Assembly: GCA_041661625.1 (NCBI GenBank)
Contig: JBAZUB010000003.1
Coordinates: 69,004 to 133,003, forward strand
Source of the DNA: Patescibacteria group bacterium
Lineage (GTDB): Bacteria > Patescibacteriota > Patescibacteriia > JAHIZJ01
DNA: 64,000 bases
Direction: 5' to 3'
In this document: positions 19,041 through 29,810 of the stretch, one piece after another
How the letters are laid out: each line of letters opens with the position of its first letter
Numbering within the stretch: position 1 is the first letter of the stretch
Notes under the pieces: generated by a model
Databases searched by the model: none
Told to the model about the DNA's origin: nothing
What the model saw: only the letters and a program-made list of their open reading frames with translations
Translations under genes and position numbers: made by a program

Positions 19041-21386
19041 ATGGACGAACACACTCAGAATCTGGGGGGAACCGCGAGCGAAACAAACAAACCAAAGTCA
19101 TCATCGGGTTGGTTAAAATGTATTTCATTGTGGTCGGTATGGGCGGCTATTTTTCTGATACCGCTGTTCTTTTTACCGTCCACGGCTAATCCATTCGATC
19201 AGAACAAGGCGCTGCTTTTCGGCATTCTGACAGTCATTGCCGCCTTGGCTTGGCTCGGTCGAATAGTGTTTTACCGTACGGGCAGTTTCGTACGCACGCC
19301 GCTCGATCTGCCGATTATGATTTTCGGCCTGTTATATGCCGTTACCACGTTTTTTTCCAAGAACTGGTACGCCAGCTTAGTCGGCCAGACCGGCTATGTG
19401 CACAATTCGACCATTGTGGTGCTGATGTTAATCATTTGGTATTTCCTGCTGACGAATTTAATCAATTCGAAGGAGCGGTTGCGGCGCGCTATTGAAATAC
19501 TGCTATCATCTGGTTTCGTCGTGTCGGTGTTGGCTCTGATATATATGCTGGGCGGGCGAATACTGCATTGGGACTTCATGCAAAGCAATAGTTTCAATAC
19601 CGTTTTCAATTCCAATATTATCCTGGGACTGTTTTTGATATCGCTAGTGCCATTCCAGCTAATCTGGCTGGTGACGCGTCGGCAGAATATCTGGCGCTGG
19701 TTCCTAGTGGCCTCATTATTGGCTGAAACGGCCGCATTTGTCCTGATTGACGCGAATGAGGTTTGGTATGCTCTGATTGGTGTATTGGTGGTGGTGATGG
19801 CCGCGATGATAGTACGCACGGGAAAATTCGACCCGCGCTGGGTGATATTACCCACGATCATGTTGATCATCTCGCTGTTGCTCGTGTTCATCGATGCCAG
19901 CTCACTGACCAAGCACAGCCTGCCTTCCGATATTATTCTCGATCAGGGCTCCTCGGCTAAGATAGCTGGTTCGGTATTATCAAAGGCGCCACTCTATGGT
20001 ACCGGGCCGGGACTGTTTTCATACGCTTTCAACGCCTATCGTCCCGTCAGTTTCAATAATACCAGTTATTGGAGTCTCGGGTTTATCAAAGGCGGCAGCG
20101 AGTTCTGGCAGATGCTGGTGACAACCGGCGTAATTGCTACCGGCGTGTATATTCTAGTAGCGCTGATATTTCTAATATCAATAGGTCGGAAACTATGGCG
20201 CGAACGTTCCGCGAACGAAGACTGGTTGAATCAAGCGGCGCCGTATATTGCCTGGCTGGTGCTACTCGCCTTTGGATTCTACTACCCGTACAGTTTTGTG
20301 TTGGCGTTTCTGTTTTGGACGTATTTGGCACTGGGTATGCGGCACAATGGAATGGCCAAAGATTCAGTGGCACAAACGGCAGCCAGCAACACCACCAGCT
20401 TGGTCAGCTCGCTGGCCTTCTCGGTAGTAGCTGTTCTATCGGTGGCCTTCGTGTACTACGGCATTAGGCTCTGGATGGGCGACTATCATTATGCCCGCGG
20501 TAATGCCGATCTCAATGCCGGCCAATACCAATCAGCCCAAAAGGAGTATAGCAAAGCAATCGACAACATCAGCCGCCGGCCGGAATATTACTTCGGCTTG
20601 GCTCAGTCGTATATCGAAGAAGTTACCGCCTCAAACACAACCGATCAGGCGGAGATTGCTAAATTACGGGATAAAGTCACCGCTGCCATCGCGGCCGGTA
20701 ATAGCGGCATTGACGTCGATCAGAATAATGTCAGTTCGTATCAGGCTATGGTGGGCGTGTACCAGCAGCTCAATGGATTCTCCCAACCGAGTCAAAAGAC
20801 CGTTGTCGAGCTGTATGACAAATTGATGGCCAAGAATCCAAATAACCCGCTGGTTTGGTTGGGTTCGGGCGACGCCTTAGTGGCGTATGGTCAGGTATTG
20901 GAACAAAATATGCCTAAAGACGACGAGACCCTGAAATCTCAATATCAGACCGAAGCGCAAAAAGCCTATACGACGGCGGCTGATCGCTATCAACGAGCCG
21001 GTGAATTGAAGCCCGATTACCAGACCGCCTTGCTCAGAAAAGCCGCCTTACCGGAGCTGACCGGCGATGACGATCTGACCTTGACCCAGGTTGGCGAATT
21101 CTTGAAGAAATATCCAAACAATATTGACGCCCAGTACGAAATGTCCCAGCTTTATCTCAAAAAAGGCGATAAAGCCAAAGCCAAAGAATATTTAGTAGCG
21201 GTATTGAATCTGAATCCACAACACGCCAATGCCGGCTATCAGCTGGGCAGCATCGTCATGGAAGAGGGCGACAAAGAAACCGCCAAGGCGCTGTTTACGC
21301 GGGTATTCATCAACAATCAAACCAATCAACAAGTACGCGACAAGCTGACGGCGCTGGGTGTGAACCCCGACGATTTGCTCAAGTAA
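19041..21386 (+). CDS. O-antigen ligase-like polytopic membrane protein with C-terminal TPRs
   Basis: Many TM segments, PLYGTGPGLF loop typical of Wzy_C/WaaL, TPR-like C-terminus. Confidence 0.7.
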   Translation: MDEHTQNLGGTASETNKPKSSSGWLKCISLWSVWAAIFLIPLFFLPSTANPFDQNKALLFGILTVIAALAWLGRIVFYRTGSFVRTPLDLPIMIFGLLYAVTTFFSKNWYASLVGQTGYVHNSTIVVLMLIIWYFLLTNLINSKERLRRAIEILLSSGFVVSVLALIYMLGGRILHWDFMQSNSFNTVFNSNIILGLFLISLVPFQLIWLVTRRQNIWRWFLVASLLAETAAFVLIDANEVWYALIGVLVVVMAAMIVRTGKFDPRWVILPTIMLIISLLLVFIDASSLTKHSLPSDIILDQGSSAKIAGSVLSKAPLYGTGPGLFSYAFNAYRPVSFNNTSYWSLGFIKGGSEFWQMLVTTGVIATGVYILVALIFLISIGRKLWRERSANEDWLNQAAPYIAWLVLLAFGFYYPYSFVLAFLFWTYLALGMRHNGMAKDSVAQTAASNTTSLVSSLAFSVVAVLSVAFVYYGIRLWMGDYHYARGNADLNAGQYQSAQKEYSKAIDNISRRPEYYFGLAQSYIEEVTASNTTDQAEIAKLRDKVTAAIAAGNSGIDVDQNNVSSYQAMVGVYQQLNGFSQPSQKTVVELYDKLMAKNPNNPLVWLGSGDALVAYGQVLEQNMPKDDETLKSQYQTEAQKAYTTAADRYQRAGELKPDYQTALLRKAALPELTGDDDLTLTQVGEFLKKYPNNIDAQYEMSQLYLKKGDKAKAKEYLVAVLNLNPQHANAGYQLGSIVMEEGDKETAKALFTRVFINNQTNQQVRDKLTALGVNPDDLLK

Positions 21387-21407
21387 ACCAAGAAAGAATA
21401 TAGAACC

Positions 21408-21434
21408 AAAGCTCCGTCGTCAGACGGAGCTTTT
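21408..21434. terminator. Bidirectional intrinsic terminator
   Basis: AAAGCTCCGTC-GTCA-GACGGAGCTTTT between convergent genes. Confidence 0.8.
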
Positions 21435-21459
21435 CGGTAGTTTTGAGTGCGATAGTATA

Positions 21460-23697
21460 TTACTCCCTGTCCGTTGATTTAGTGTATTTGCACGTTTTGT
21501 TGCTACAGGCGATCAAACCTTTTTTGCCGAAGACCAGAAGTGATTCGCATTCGGGGCATTTTTCGCCGGTCGGTTTTGACCACAGGGCGAATTTACATTC
21601 CGGATATTTGTTACAGGCGTAAAAGTTACGACCCTGGCGGCTACGTTTCTCAATAATTTCACCTTCGTGGCATTGAGGACAGCTCACGCCCGTTTTCTTT
21701 TCGATATTCTTGATGTATTTACAATCGGGATAACCAGTGCAACCGTAGAATGGCCCAAACCGACCGACCTTCTTTTGCAGCGGTTTACCGCATTCGGGAC
21801 ATTTTTCATCAATGGCTTCAGTAACTTCCACCTGGCCATCTTTGGCCAGCTGTTTGGTGTTTTTGCAATCCGGGTAACCACTACAGGCCAGGAATTTACC
21901 AAACCGGCCGATCTTGATAATCATCGGTTTACCGCACTTGTCGCAAACTTCGTCAGTCTGGCTTTCGGTTAGGTCTTTCTTGGACAATTCCTGCTCTTTC
22001 TGGGCCAGGGTCGCCTTGAACGGCTCGTAGAATTCCTTGATCACCGGCGTCCAAGCCATCTCGCCCTGGGCAATTTTATCCAGATCTTCTTCCATGTGGG
22101 CGGTGAACTTATAATCAACGATATTGCCAAAGTGTGTCACTAAAACGTCATTAACCAGCTGGCCGATCTCGGTAGGCTTGAGGCGTTTCTCCTCCTTTTC
22201 AACATATTTACGCTCCACGATTGTGGAAATAGTCGGGGCGTAAGTCGAGGGGCGTCCGATGCCGTATTCTTCCATCGCTTTGACCAGCCCGGCTTCGGAG
22301 TAGCGGGCGGGCGGCTCAGTAAATTTTTGTTGGGGATCCAGTTTCTCGAGTTTAACTTTTTCCTGGTCCGCCAAAACCGGTAAAATTGCGTCTTTCTGGT
22401 TGGTCTGGTAGATTTTCTGATAGCCGTCGAATACGATCACCGAACCGTTGGCGCGGAATATATCGCCGTTCTTAGTACTGATATCGACGGCGGTCTGCTC
22501 GAAGACGGATTCGGGCATCTGTGATGCTACCGCTCGGCGCCAGATCAGGTCGTACGTTTTCCACAACTTTGGTTCCAGAAACTCTTTGACTGATTCCGGT
22601 GTGCGGCCGACATCCGAGGGACGGATAGCCTCGTGAGCTTCCTGCGCCAGTTGCTGTTTTTTAGCGAAGGTGCGCGGTTCCGGCAGCGCGTACTTATTAC
22701 CCAGTTCCTTAGTTAAGTAATCCTTGGCTTCGTTTAAAAATTTAACCGAGAGATTGACCGAATCGGTTCGCATATAGGTGATCAGACCGACCGAGCCGGC
22801 GCTGCCCAATTGCATACCTTCGTATAACTGCTGGGCAAAATACATGGTTTGGCGTGATGAATAGCCGAAGCGCCGGTTGGCCTCCTGTTGCAGTGTAGAT
22901 GTGGTAAACGGAGGCAGGGGCGAGCGCTTGGCCTGCTTCTTGTCCACTCGGCTGATGTGATATTCGGCCGTCTCAAGACCGGCTACGATTTTCTTAGCTT
23001 CATCGCCCTGCGATAATGAAAACTTATCTAATTTCTTGCCCGCTTGTTGCACCAACCGTCCGGTTATATTTGGTTTGTTGCCATTGATTTTGGAAAACTC
23101 CGCTTCGATCGCCCAGTACTCTTGGGGTTTGAATTTTTCGATTTCCTGCTCGCGATCAACGATCAGACGCAGGGCGACTGATTGCACCCGTCCAGCTGAT
23201 AAGCCCTTGGCCACTTTTTTCCAGAGAAAAGGAGACAGCTCATAGCCCATTAATCGGTCGAGGACGCGCCGAGCTTGTTGGGCATCCACCAGGTTTTGAT
23301 CGATTTTACGAGGGTGGGTAATTGCATCTTTGATCGCCGACTCGGTAATTTCATGAAAGGTGATCCGCTGTACTTTTTCTGACGGGGTATCGAGCAATTG
23401 GGCCAAATGCCAGGTAATCGCCTCGCCTTCGCGATCTTCGTCAGTCGCGAAGTAAATCACAGCGGCTTTTTTGGCGGCTTTTTTCAGTTCAGTCACTTTC
23501 TTGCGGCTTTTGGTCGGAATGACGTATTGCGGCGCGAAATCGTGTTCGATATCAATGCCCATCTTGCTTTTGGGCAGGTCGCGCACGTGGCCGTTGGACG
23601 ATTGAATATCAAAATCTTTCCCGAGAAACCGGGAGATAGTCTTGGCTTTGGTGGGTGATTCGACGATGACGAGATGTTTGGGAATGAGTTTGGGCAT
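21460..23697 (-). CDS. topA: DNA topoisomerase I
   Basis: LVIVESPTKAKTI, ATDEDREGEAI, SAGRVQS, ITYMRTDS, C-terminal Zn fingers. Confidence 0.97.
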   Translation of the reverse strand: MPKLIPKHLVIVESPTKAKTISRFLGKDFDIQSSNGHVRDLPKSKMGIDIEHDFAPQYVIPTKSRKKVTELKKAAKKAAVIYFATDEDREGEAITWHLAQLLDTPSEKVQRITFHEITESAIKDAITHPRKIDQNLVDAQQARRVLDRLMGYELSPFLWKKVAKGLSAGRVQSVALRLIVDREQEIEKFKPQEYWAIEAEFSKINGNKPNITGRLVQQAGKKLDKFSLSQGDEAKKIVAGLETAEYHISRVDKKQAKRSPLPPFTTSTLQQEANRRFGYSSRQTMYFAQQLYEGMQLGSAGSVGLITYMRTDSVNLSVKFLNEAKDYLTKELGNKYALPEPRTFAKKQQLAQEAHEAIRPSDVGRTPESVKEFLEPKLWKTYDLIWRRAVASQMPESVFEQTAVDISTKNGDIFRANGSVIVFDGYQKIYQTNQKDAILPVLADQEKVKLEKLDPQQKFTEPPARYSEAGLVKAMEEYGIGRPSTYAPTISTIVERKYVEKEEKRLKPTEIGQLVNDVLVTHFGNIVDYKFTAHMEEDLDKIAQGEMAWTPVIKEFYEPFKATLAQKEQELSKKDLTESQTDEVCDKCGKPMIIKIGRFGKFLACSGYPDCKNTKQLAKDGQVEVTEAIDEKCPECGKPLQKKVGRFGPFYGCTGYPDCKYIKNIEKKTGVSCPQCHEGEIIEKRSRQGRNFYACNKYPECKFALWSKPTGEKCPECESLLVFGKKGLIACSNKTCKYTKSTDRE

Positions 23698-23707
23698 GAT
23701 TCTAAGT

Positions 23708-24817
23708 CTAGATGTTGAGTGTGTAAACGTCGGGTCCAACCGGGCGGATTTTGCCCGAAACCTCTAAAAACGTTAACGTTGAGTTAATGACGCTAATACC
23801 CAGTTTACACTGATCGCTGATTTGGTCAACTGATAGAGGCTGTTGGGCGAGTAATTCGAGTATCACAGCTTCGTCTGGATTGGCTGGAACCGGTGGCGGT
23901 TTTCGCGCATGACCGGTTTGAATGGCTGGTCGGTAATTACCGGTTGCTCGATAAGATTCCCAGATATCTTCCGCACCGGTGACCGGCCGCGCGCCTTGCT
24001 TGATCAGCCGGTTGGGACCGTAAGCATTTGGGGAAAACATATCGCCCGGTACGGCCAGTACATCGCGGTTTTGTTCGAGTGCAAACTGGGCGGTAATCAG
24101 CGCACCCGAATGTTCGGGCGCTTCGACTACCAGCACCGCTTGGCTTAAGCCGGAGATAATCCGATTGCGGGCTGGGAAGTGGTGGCGTAGCGGTTCGCTT
24201 CCCAGAGGATATTCCGATAGAATCAGCCCACTCGACTTGATTATCGCCTCGGCCACGTGGCGGTTTTCAGTTGGGTAAATCTGATCCAAACCACAGCCCA
24301 GCACGGCCCAGGTGCGCAGTTTATTGTCCAATGCGGCTTGGTGCGCCACGGTATCGATGCCCAATGCCAAGCCAGAAACAATAGTCAGGCCAGAGCCGGC
24401 CAGCTGGCTTACTAATTGTTGGGTGGAGCGCCGACCGTACAAAGATGTCTTTCTGGTGCCAACTACACCCAGAAAATTACCGGAGGCGCTTGTTAGATTA
24501 CCGCGATAGTATAGAAGGGTTGGCGGGGCGTATATCTGTTTCAATAACGCCGGATATTCACCTTCATCGGCAGTGACAAAACGACAATCAAACCGTGTCA
24601 ACCGGGTTAATTCAGATACCAGATCAATTTTGCTTCTCTTCTCCACCAACCGACGCGCTGGTTTTGGCGTCAAACCAGCCTGAATCAATTCGGGTTCACT
24701 CGCCGACCAAGCTTGGGCTAGCGAACCAAAGCGCTGTCGCAAAGCGATAATAATATCCAATTGGGTACAGCCGGCCAGCGTTAATGCCAGCCAATACTCA
24801 CGTTCATTGAATGCCAT
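23708..24817 (-). CDS. dprA: DNA-processing protein DprA
   Basis: VVGTRK, IVSGLALGID, FPARNRIISGLS, SGALITA. Confidence 0.95.
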   Translation of the reverse strand: MAFNEREYWLALTLAGCTQLDIIIALRQRFGSLAQAWSASEPELIQAGLTPKPARRLVEKRSKIDLVSELTRLTRFDCRFVTADEGEYPALLKQIYAPPTLLYYRGNLTSASGNFLGVVGTRKTSLYGRRSTQQLVSQLAGSGLTIVSGLALGIDTVAHQAALDNKLRTWAVLGCGLDQIYPTENRHVAEAIIKSSGLILSEYPLGSEPLRHHFPARNRIISGLSQAVLVVEAPEHSGALITAQFALEQNRDVLAVPGDMFSPNAYGPNRLIKQGARPVTGAEDIWESYRATGNYRPAIQTGHARKPPPVPANPDEAVILELLAQQPLSVDQISDQCKLGISVINSTLTFLEVSGKIRPVGPDVYTLNI

Positions 24818-25193
24818 AAAACAGGGTGAATCACCCTGACGCCACTACTAGTTTAGCAGATTCTACAAAACTGACAAGAAAAATAGAATCAAGATTAGCT
24901 AAACAACATTACGCAAAACGTTGGATTGAAATATTGGCAAACCTTTTCGCGAAAACCTGCCCGCTCGTGTCTCGCAGTGGCAGGCGGGGGTGAAAAGGTG
25001 CTAATATTGGCTTAATAATAGATGGTACCGTTGACATAGTTGAGTGTTTACACTAACATCACATATTCTGGCTCTTTAATAATTCTGGCAGTCTTAGCCA
25101 ATAGCGTTTGATAACATCAAGGGTTACTGGCTATGACTGCCACAAAAGTGGTGGCCCTCTGGCAATGTGTTCAAAACCCAAAGGAGGCCAGCC

Positions 25194-25844
25194 ATGTCGA
25201 GAACCAAGTCGTGCGCTAAGAGTGGGACTGTGGAGGTTGGGTTGGAGGTTCTTTCTTTCCATAGAGTTTGTAAAGTGATAAACAACCTGAACAAGAGGCT
25301 TGAAGGCATGGTGGGGCCAGTGTGGCTCCGCGCGCTTGAGGAATTACTCCTTCAAAACCCATGTATCAACATTCAAACGACAATGACCGTCGAGATAGTC
25401 ACCGACGGGCGGGATGGTAAACAGGCCGTCGAAAACCTGGAGCGGGGTGGCTATCAAGTGGAGGAGGAAGTGAAGGAACTTATTCGTGGTGGTGTGTTCT
25501 CCGCCACGGTTGGCAAGACCTACAAGCTCGCCGTGGTTTACAGCGAAGAAGGCGCCACCAACCAGAACATAAGAGCCAAGGCAGCCGCTCGTGGTTACCT
25601 CACGCCACCGATGGAGCTCGCGTCTTACTTGCGCGAGTTATTCACGAACGCGGATCTTATGCTGATGGGCGTCTGGGATCTCGTCCTTATGCACGAGCCC
25701 GTCGCCCATTCGAGCGGCTGCCCGGTTATGCTCGGTGTCAACCGTCATGGCGGTGATCGTACGCTGGGCACCTACCTTGGTCGTCCTGGCGGCAAGTGTG
25801 ACGATGAGGTTGCTTGCCTATTCCTTGTCCCAAGTGACGAGTAA
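25194..25844 (+). CDS. Hypothetical protein with its own promoter, leader hairpin and terminator
   Basis: AAGGAGG SD before ATG 25194; TTGACA upstream; terminator downstream. Confidence 0.7.
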   Translation: MSRTKSCAKSGTVEVGLEVLSFHRVCKVINNLNKRLEGMVGPVWLRALEELLLQNPCINIQTTMTVEIVTDGRDGKQAVENLERGGYQVEEEVKELIRGGVFSATVGKTYKLAVVYSEEGATNQNIRAKAAARGYLTPPMELASYLRELFTNADLMLMGVWDLVLMHEPVAHSSGCPVMLGVNRHGGDRTLGTYLGRPGGKCDDEVACLFLVPSDE

Positions 25845-25867
25845 AGTACTTGGGTTTCGATTCAACG

Positions 25868-25903
25868 ACCCGCACTGGCTACACCGGTGCGGGTTTTCTT
25901 TTT
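25868..25903 (+). terminator. Intrinsic terminator
   Basis: ACCCGCACTGG-CTACA-CCGGTGCGGGT followed by a T-run. Confidence 0.8.
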
Positions 25904-25924
25904 ATAGTGTAGTCAAAATACTTA

Positions 25925-26080
25925 ACGCAAACCTCCCCCATACTCACCGGCTTATTCAAATAACACAAAGTGGGCTGGTACTACAAACGGTCCTCTCCTT
26001 AATTAAGGAGGGGACGCGTTGGAGTATCATGCTATACTTGAAATTGCTTTAGGGTTTGTGAGTATGGGGGAGGTTTGCGT
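25925..26080. repeat. MITE/REP-like element with 23-bp perfect terminal inverted repeats
   Basis: ACGCAAACCTCCCCCATACTCAC (25925-25947) / GTGAGTATGGGGGAGGTTTGCGT (26058-26080); central palindrome GTCCTCTCCTTAATTAAGGAGGGGAC. Confidence 0.65.
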
Positions 26081-26086
26081 GTCGGT

Positions 26087-29000
26087 TTACTCTTCCTCAT
26101 CTTCATCAATCGGCTCGGGTTTGACTCGGAAAATCTTAATTACCTTTTCCAGGCGCTCGAGCCAAGGCTGGGGCAATTTGGCCAAATCGATCTTGATCTG
26201 ATTTTCACCCAGCACCCAGTCGGGATTCATATCGAGCAATGACTTGATTTGCGGCGGGGTGTAAGTTTCGGAGAATTTGATCAACAAACGATTGGTCGGT
26301 ACGCCGTACTCAGTGCGCTGGACGGTTTCAATGCCGTCGATCTTGGTGTCCTGGGCGATAATTTTCAGGCGCAGTAACTGTTTCAAGTTCAACACATTGG
26401 GCGGCAATTCGCCGTACCGCTTGGCCAGATCCTGGAAATGCACTTCCAGTTGATCGATGTCGGCAATCTCGGTTAACTCGCGGTATGCCTGTAACCGCTG
26501 TTTCTCGTTATTGATGTAATCAGTCGGTATGGTGATGGCTACCGGCATATCCATCATGATATCGCGCAGGACTTTGACCGGCTGGCCCGTCTCCAGTTCG
26601 GTGACGGCCTGGTTAACCAAACGGAGATAGAGGCTCAAGCCCACCGCGTTAACCCGGCCGTGTTGTTCCCGGCCCAGGATATTGCCTACGCCGCGAATTT
26701 CCAGGTCGCGCATGGCCACCTGGAAACCCGAACCCAGTTCTTTGGCTTCCATCAATGCTTGCAAACGCTTCTTGGCCTCGCCGGTGACTTTGCGCTGCGG
26801 ATATAGAAAATAAGAAAATGCCTGGCGCTGGCCGCGTCCGATCCGGCCGCGCAACTGATATAATTGGGCTAAGCCAAACCGGGTGGCGTCTTCCACCACC
26901 AGCGTATTAACGTTGGGCAGATCCAATCCGTTCTCAATGATGCTGGTAGCCACCAGGATGTTGGTTTCATTCAAGTCAAACTCCGACATAGTCTTGGCTA
27001 GCTCGTTTTCCGGCAGGCGGCCGTGGACAATGCCGATATTTGCTTCTGGAATCAACTTCTTAATCTTACTGGCGGCCAGATTGATGGTTTCGACGCGATT
27101 GTGCAGGTAATAAGCCTGTCCGCCGCGGCGCAACTCAAACATCAGCGCCTCTTTAACTGTCTCATCGGAAAACGGCGCCAGCGCGGTTTCGATCGGCTGC
27201 CGGCCTTCCGGCGGAGTGCGAATCACGCTCATATCGCGCAAAGCGGCCAGCGCGAGATTGAGCGTGCGTGGAATCGGGGTGGCGCTCATCGTGAGCACTG
27301 GCGTACTGACCCGGATGCTTTTTAATTTCTCCTTATGCCGAACACCGAAACGCTGCTCTTCATCAACGATGATCAGACCGAGATTTTTAAAGTCCACATC
27401 TTTCGAGAGCAAGCGATGCGTGCCGATAATAATGTCGATTTCTCCGGTTTTTAGTTTGGCCACTGATTCTTTTTGCTGGGCGGCGGTTTTGAACCGGCTC
27501 AATGACTCGATAGCTACCGGAAAGTTCTTCAAGCGCTGCACGAAAGTATCATAGTGCTGTTGCGCCAAAATAGTCGTGGGAGCCAAAATGGCCACCTGGC
27601 GCTTGTTCATGACCACTTTGAAAGCCGCCCGGATTGCCACTTCGGTTTTGCCAAAGCCGACATCACCACAGACTAATCGGTCCATTGGCCGGGCGTTTTC
27701 CAGGTCTTCGTTCACGTCCACGATCGCCCTCATTTGATCGGGTGTTTCTTGGTATTTGAAGCTCTTACCCAGCTCCACCTCGGCCTGAGTCATGCGCTTG
27801 CACGGTTCAGTGCGGGCGTTTTGGCGCTCGGCGTAAAGTTTGAGCAATTCATCGGCGATCTTTTTTGTTTCAATCTTGATCCGGCGCTTGAGCTGGTGCC
27901 AGGTAGAATTTGACAGCCGATGGACGATGGGTGAGTCGGAGCCGATATATTTATCAATCTTGTAGGCCAACTCAATCGGCACGGACAGCTTGTCGTTGGC
28001 GGCGTATTCGAGTTGGAAATATTCCTTGGTGATACCATCGATAGTGTGCGTGGCCAAGCCTTTGAATCGGCCAATGCCATGGTCGAGATGGACTACGTAA
28101 TCACCCGGGGTCAATTCGGCGATGAAGCTGACGTCGAGGCGCTTGGCCCGGCGGTGGCTGGGCGGTTTAATGTTGGTTCTTTCACTCCGGCCATACAACT
28201 CATATTCGGTTATTAAGACGGTTTTTTCTTGGGCAGAAATGAAGCCCAGCTCCGGTGTCAGCAGGGGGCTAAGGTCGATATATTTTACGGTCAGGGGCGC
28301 TTGCTCGTTACGTTCTTTTTTCCAGAGCCGTTCAATATCGTGCGCCAGGTTTTTGGGAGAGTAGATATTCCAATGCTGATTTTGCCAGATGGCCAGTTGG
28401 TCGAGGAAGGCGTTGATGTTTTTATGAAACAGGGGCGCGGCGGCAAAGTCAAATATGTTTTGATGCTGACGCCGACCTGGTAAAGTGTGGAATATGATCC
28501 GGGGCTGTGCGCTGATCTCTTTTTCTATTCCCGACCACTGTGAGCTAGAGCGGGCGATATCGTCCGGGTCGCTGTAAATATGAATGTTCTGGCATTTGAA
28601 CGCTAGATCCAGATAATCGCGCAAGGAGGATTCGGTAGCGGTCTGGTCGATACGAGCCGGCAGAATAAATGCTTCACGAAGCAAACGCTGAGTTTTATTG
28701 GAGGCGCTTTCAATAATATAGATGTTTTCAATCGTTGAGTGGCCGAACTCAATCCGATACGGCCAGCTGGTATCGGGTGGAAAAATGTCGACGATATTGC
28801 CGCGGCGGGAAAAAGTTCCCGGCGCGTCCGCGGTCACGTTGAAATCGTAACCAATCAAAACCAGCTCGTGGGACAGCTGGGCGGGGGAGGTGATATCGTT
28901 TTTTGTTAACTGTAGCGCTTGTTTTTTAAATAACTCCGGTTTGACGAACGGGTGGGCCAGATATTCAACCGGTATAATCAAGAATGAATCTGTGCCCTCG

Positions 29001-29266
29001 ATCAGTTCCCACAGGCAGAGCGAGACATTATCCCGGCCGAATAGGCGCACTTTGCGATCATATCCCGCCTCTTTAAGCCAAGCCGTCAAAAGACTGGCCA
29101 GAATCTGTCCTTCGGCCAAATTACCGACATACCACAAAACCCGCCCGTCATTTAGTCTCGGGGAGCGCAGTCGTGACAATAAAAAACTTTTGGCGGAAAC
29201 AGACGAGGTGCCGGTCACGTGAAAAACGTCACCGGTATCCGGTTCCAGGATGAATTCCTTTTTCAT
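26087..29266 (-). CDS. mfd: Transcription-repair coupling factor
   Basis: RID domain VVHLDHGIGRF, GDVGFGKTEVA, DEEQRFGV, QLRGRIGR, TRG motif RDLEIRG. Confidence 0.96.
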   Translation of the reverse strand: MKKEFILEPDTGDVFHVTGTSSVSAKSFLLSRLRSPRLNDGRVLWYVGNLAEGQILASLLTAWLKEAGYDRKVRLFGRDNVSLCLWELIEGTDSFLIIPVEYLAHPFVKPELFKKQALQLTKNDITSPAQLSHELVLIGYDFNVTADAPGTFSRRGNIVDIFPPDTSWPYRIEFGHSTIENIYIIESASNKTQRLLREAFILPARIDQTATESSLRDYLDLAFKCQNIHIYSDPDDIARSSSQWSGIEKEISAQPRIIFHTLPGRRQHQNIFDFAAAPLFHKNINAFLDQLAIWQNQHWNIYSPKNLAHDIERLWKKERNEQAPLTVKYIDLSPLLTPELGFISAQEKTVLITEYELYGRSERTNIKPPSHRRAKRLDVSFIAELTPGDYVVHLDHGIGRFKGLATHTIDGITKEYFQLEYAANDKLSVPIELAYKIDKYIGSDSPIVHRLSNSTWHQLKRRIKIETKKIADELLKLYAERQNARTEPCKRMTQAEVELGKSFKYQETPDQMRAIVDVNEDLENARPMDRLVCGDVGFGKTEVAIRAAFKVVMNKRQVAILAPTTILAQQHYDTFVQRLKNFPVAIESLSRFKTAAQQKESVAKLKTGEIDIIIGTHRLLSKDVDFKNLGLIIVDEEQRFGVRHKEKLKSIRVSTPVLTMSATPIPRTLNLALAALRDMSVIRTPPEGRQPIETALAPFSDETVKEALMFELRRGGQAYYLHNRVETINLAASKIKKLIPEANIGIVHGRLPENELAKTMSEFDLNETNILVATSIIENGLDLPNVNTLVVEDATRFGLAQLYQLRGRIGRGQRQAFSYFLYPQRKVTGEAKKRLQALMEAKELGSGFQVAMRDLEIRGVGNILGREQHGRVNAVGLSLYLRLVNQAVTELETGQPVKVLRDIMMDMPVAITIPTDYINNEKQRLQAYRELTEIADIDQLEVHFQDLAKRYGELPPNVLNLKQLLRLKIIAQDTKIDGIETVQRTEYGVPTNRLLIKFSETYTPPQIKSLLDMNPDWVLGENQIKIDLAKLPQPWLERLEKVIKIFRVKPEPIDEDEEE

Positions 29267-29379
29267 ATTCTAAGGTAATGATAGCACAGTTCCTGTAAAG
29301 ACGCAATATTTATTCCGGAAAAAGCGTGCCCGGCTTCATAATCAAGCTGAAATTAGGCCAATCTTCAGGTGCCGGGCGC

Positions 29380-29407
29380 TTGACAAAAACAGCTATTATG
29401 CTAAGAT
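29380..29407 (+). promoter_or_regulatory. Sigma70 promoter with extended -10
   Basis: TTGACA-N16-(TGc)TAAGAT pointing into a non-coding GC-rich stretch. Confidence 0.65.
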
Positions 29408-29413
29408 GCCCCA

Positions 29414-29810
29414 CTATGTGACTGGCCGGTCAGAATTGGTTGGCCGGTTTCTACCTGCAAGTGGCGAACCGGCGGTAACCCCTCCTTAACTGCCTAGTAG
29501 CCAATAAGTCAGGATCCGCCCGATTTCGGGTTTATTCTGCGCTTGCGGGTAGTGACTGGATAATCAAGGCTGACTGACTTCGGTCAGCGCGGCTGGTTCC
29601 AGAAGCAGTCTGGTCGTTCGGTTGGGTGGGGTAGTGATGGGAGGTTGATGTTTCCCCGGCATCTTGGGCGACCAGCCCTATTTCCGCGTCAATACGACGT
29701 ACGTGTTCATGGTTCTTTGCGGACATAATTAGGGGCGAGACCCCACATCCGCAGATATTCCAGCGTCTTACATTCTATGATTCCCGCGAGGATCTGATGT
29801 CGGGCGCTTT
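29414..29810 (+). ncRNA. Candidate large structured ncRNA, family unassigned
   Basis: No credible ORF; cUUCGg hairpin CTGAC-TTCG-GTCAG (29574-29587), CC-GCGA-GG, GGGG-CGAGA-CCCC, GCCGGTT/AACCGGC and other nested stems; upstream promoter. Confidence 0.55.

Noticed and set aside
29414-29810. RNase P RNA or tmRNA; also the ORF 29532-29726 (-)
   Set aside because: Hallmark conserved sequences were not found on either strand by eye; the ORF is short, lacks motifs and opposes the promoter.
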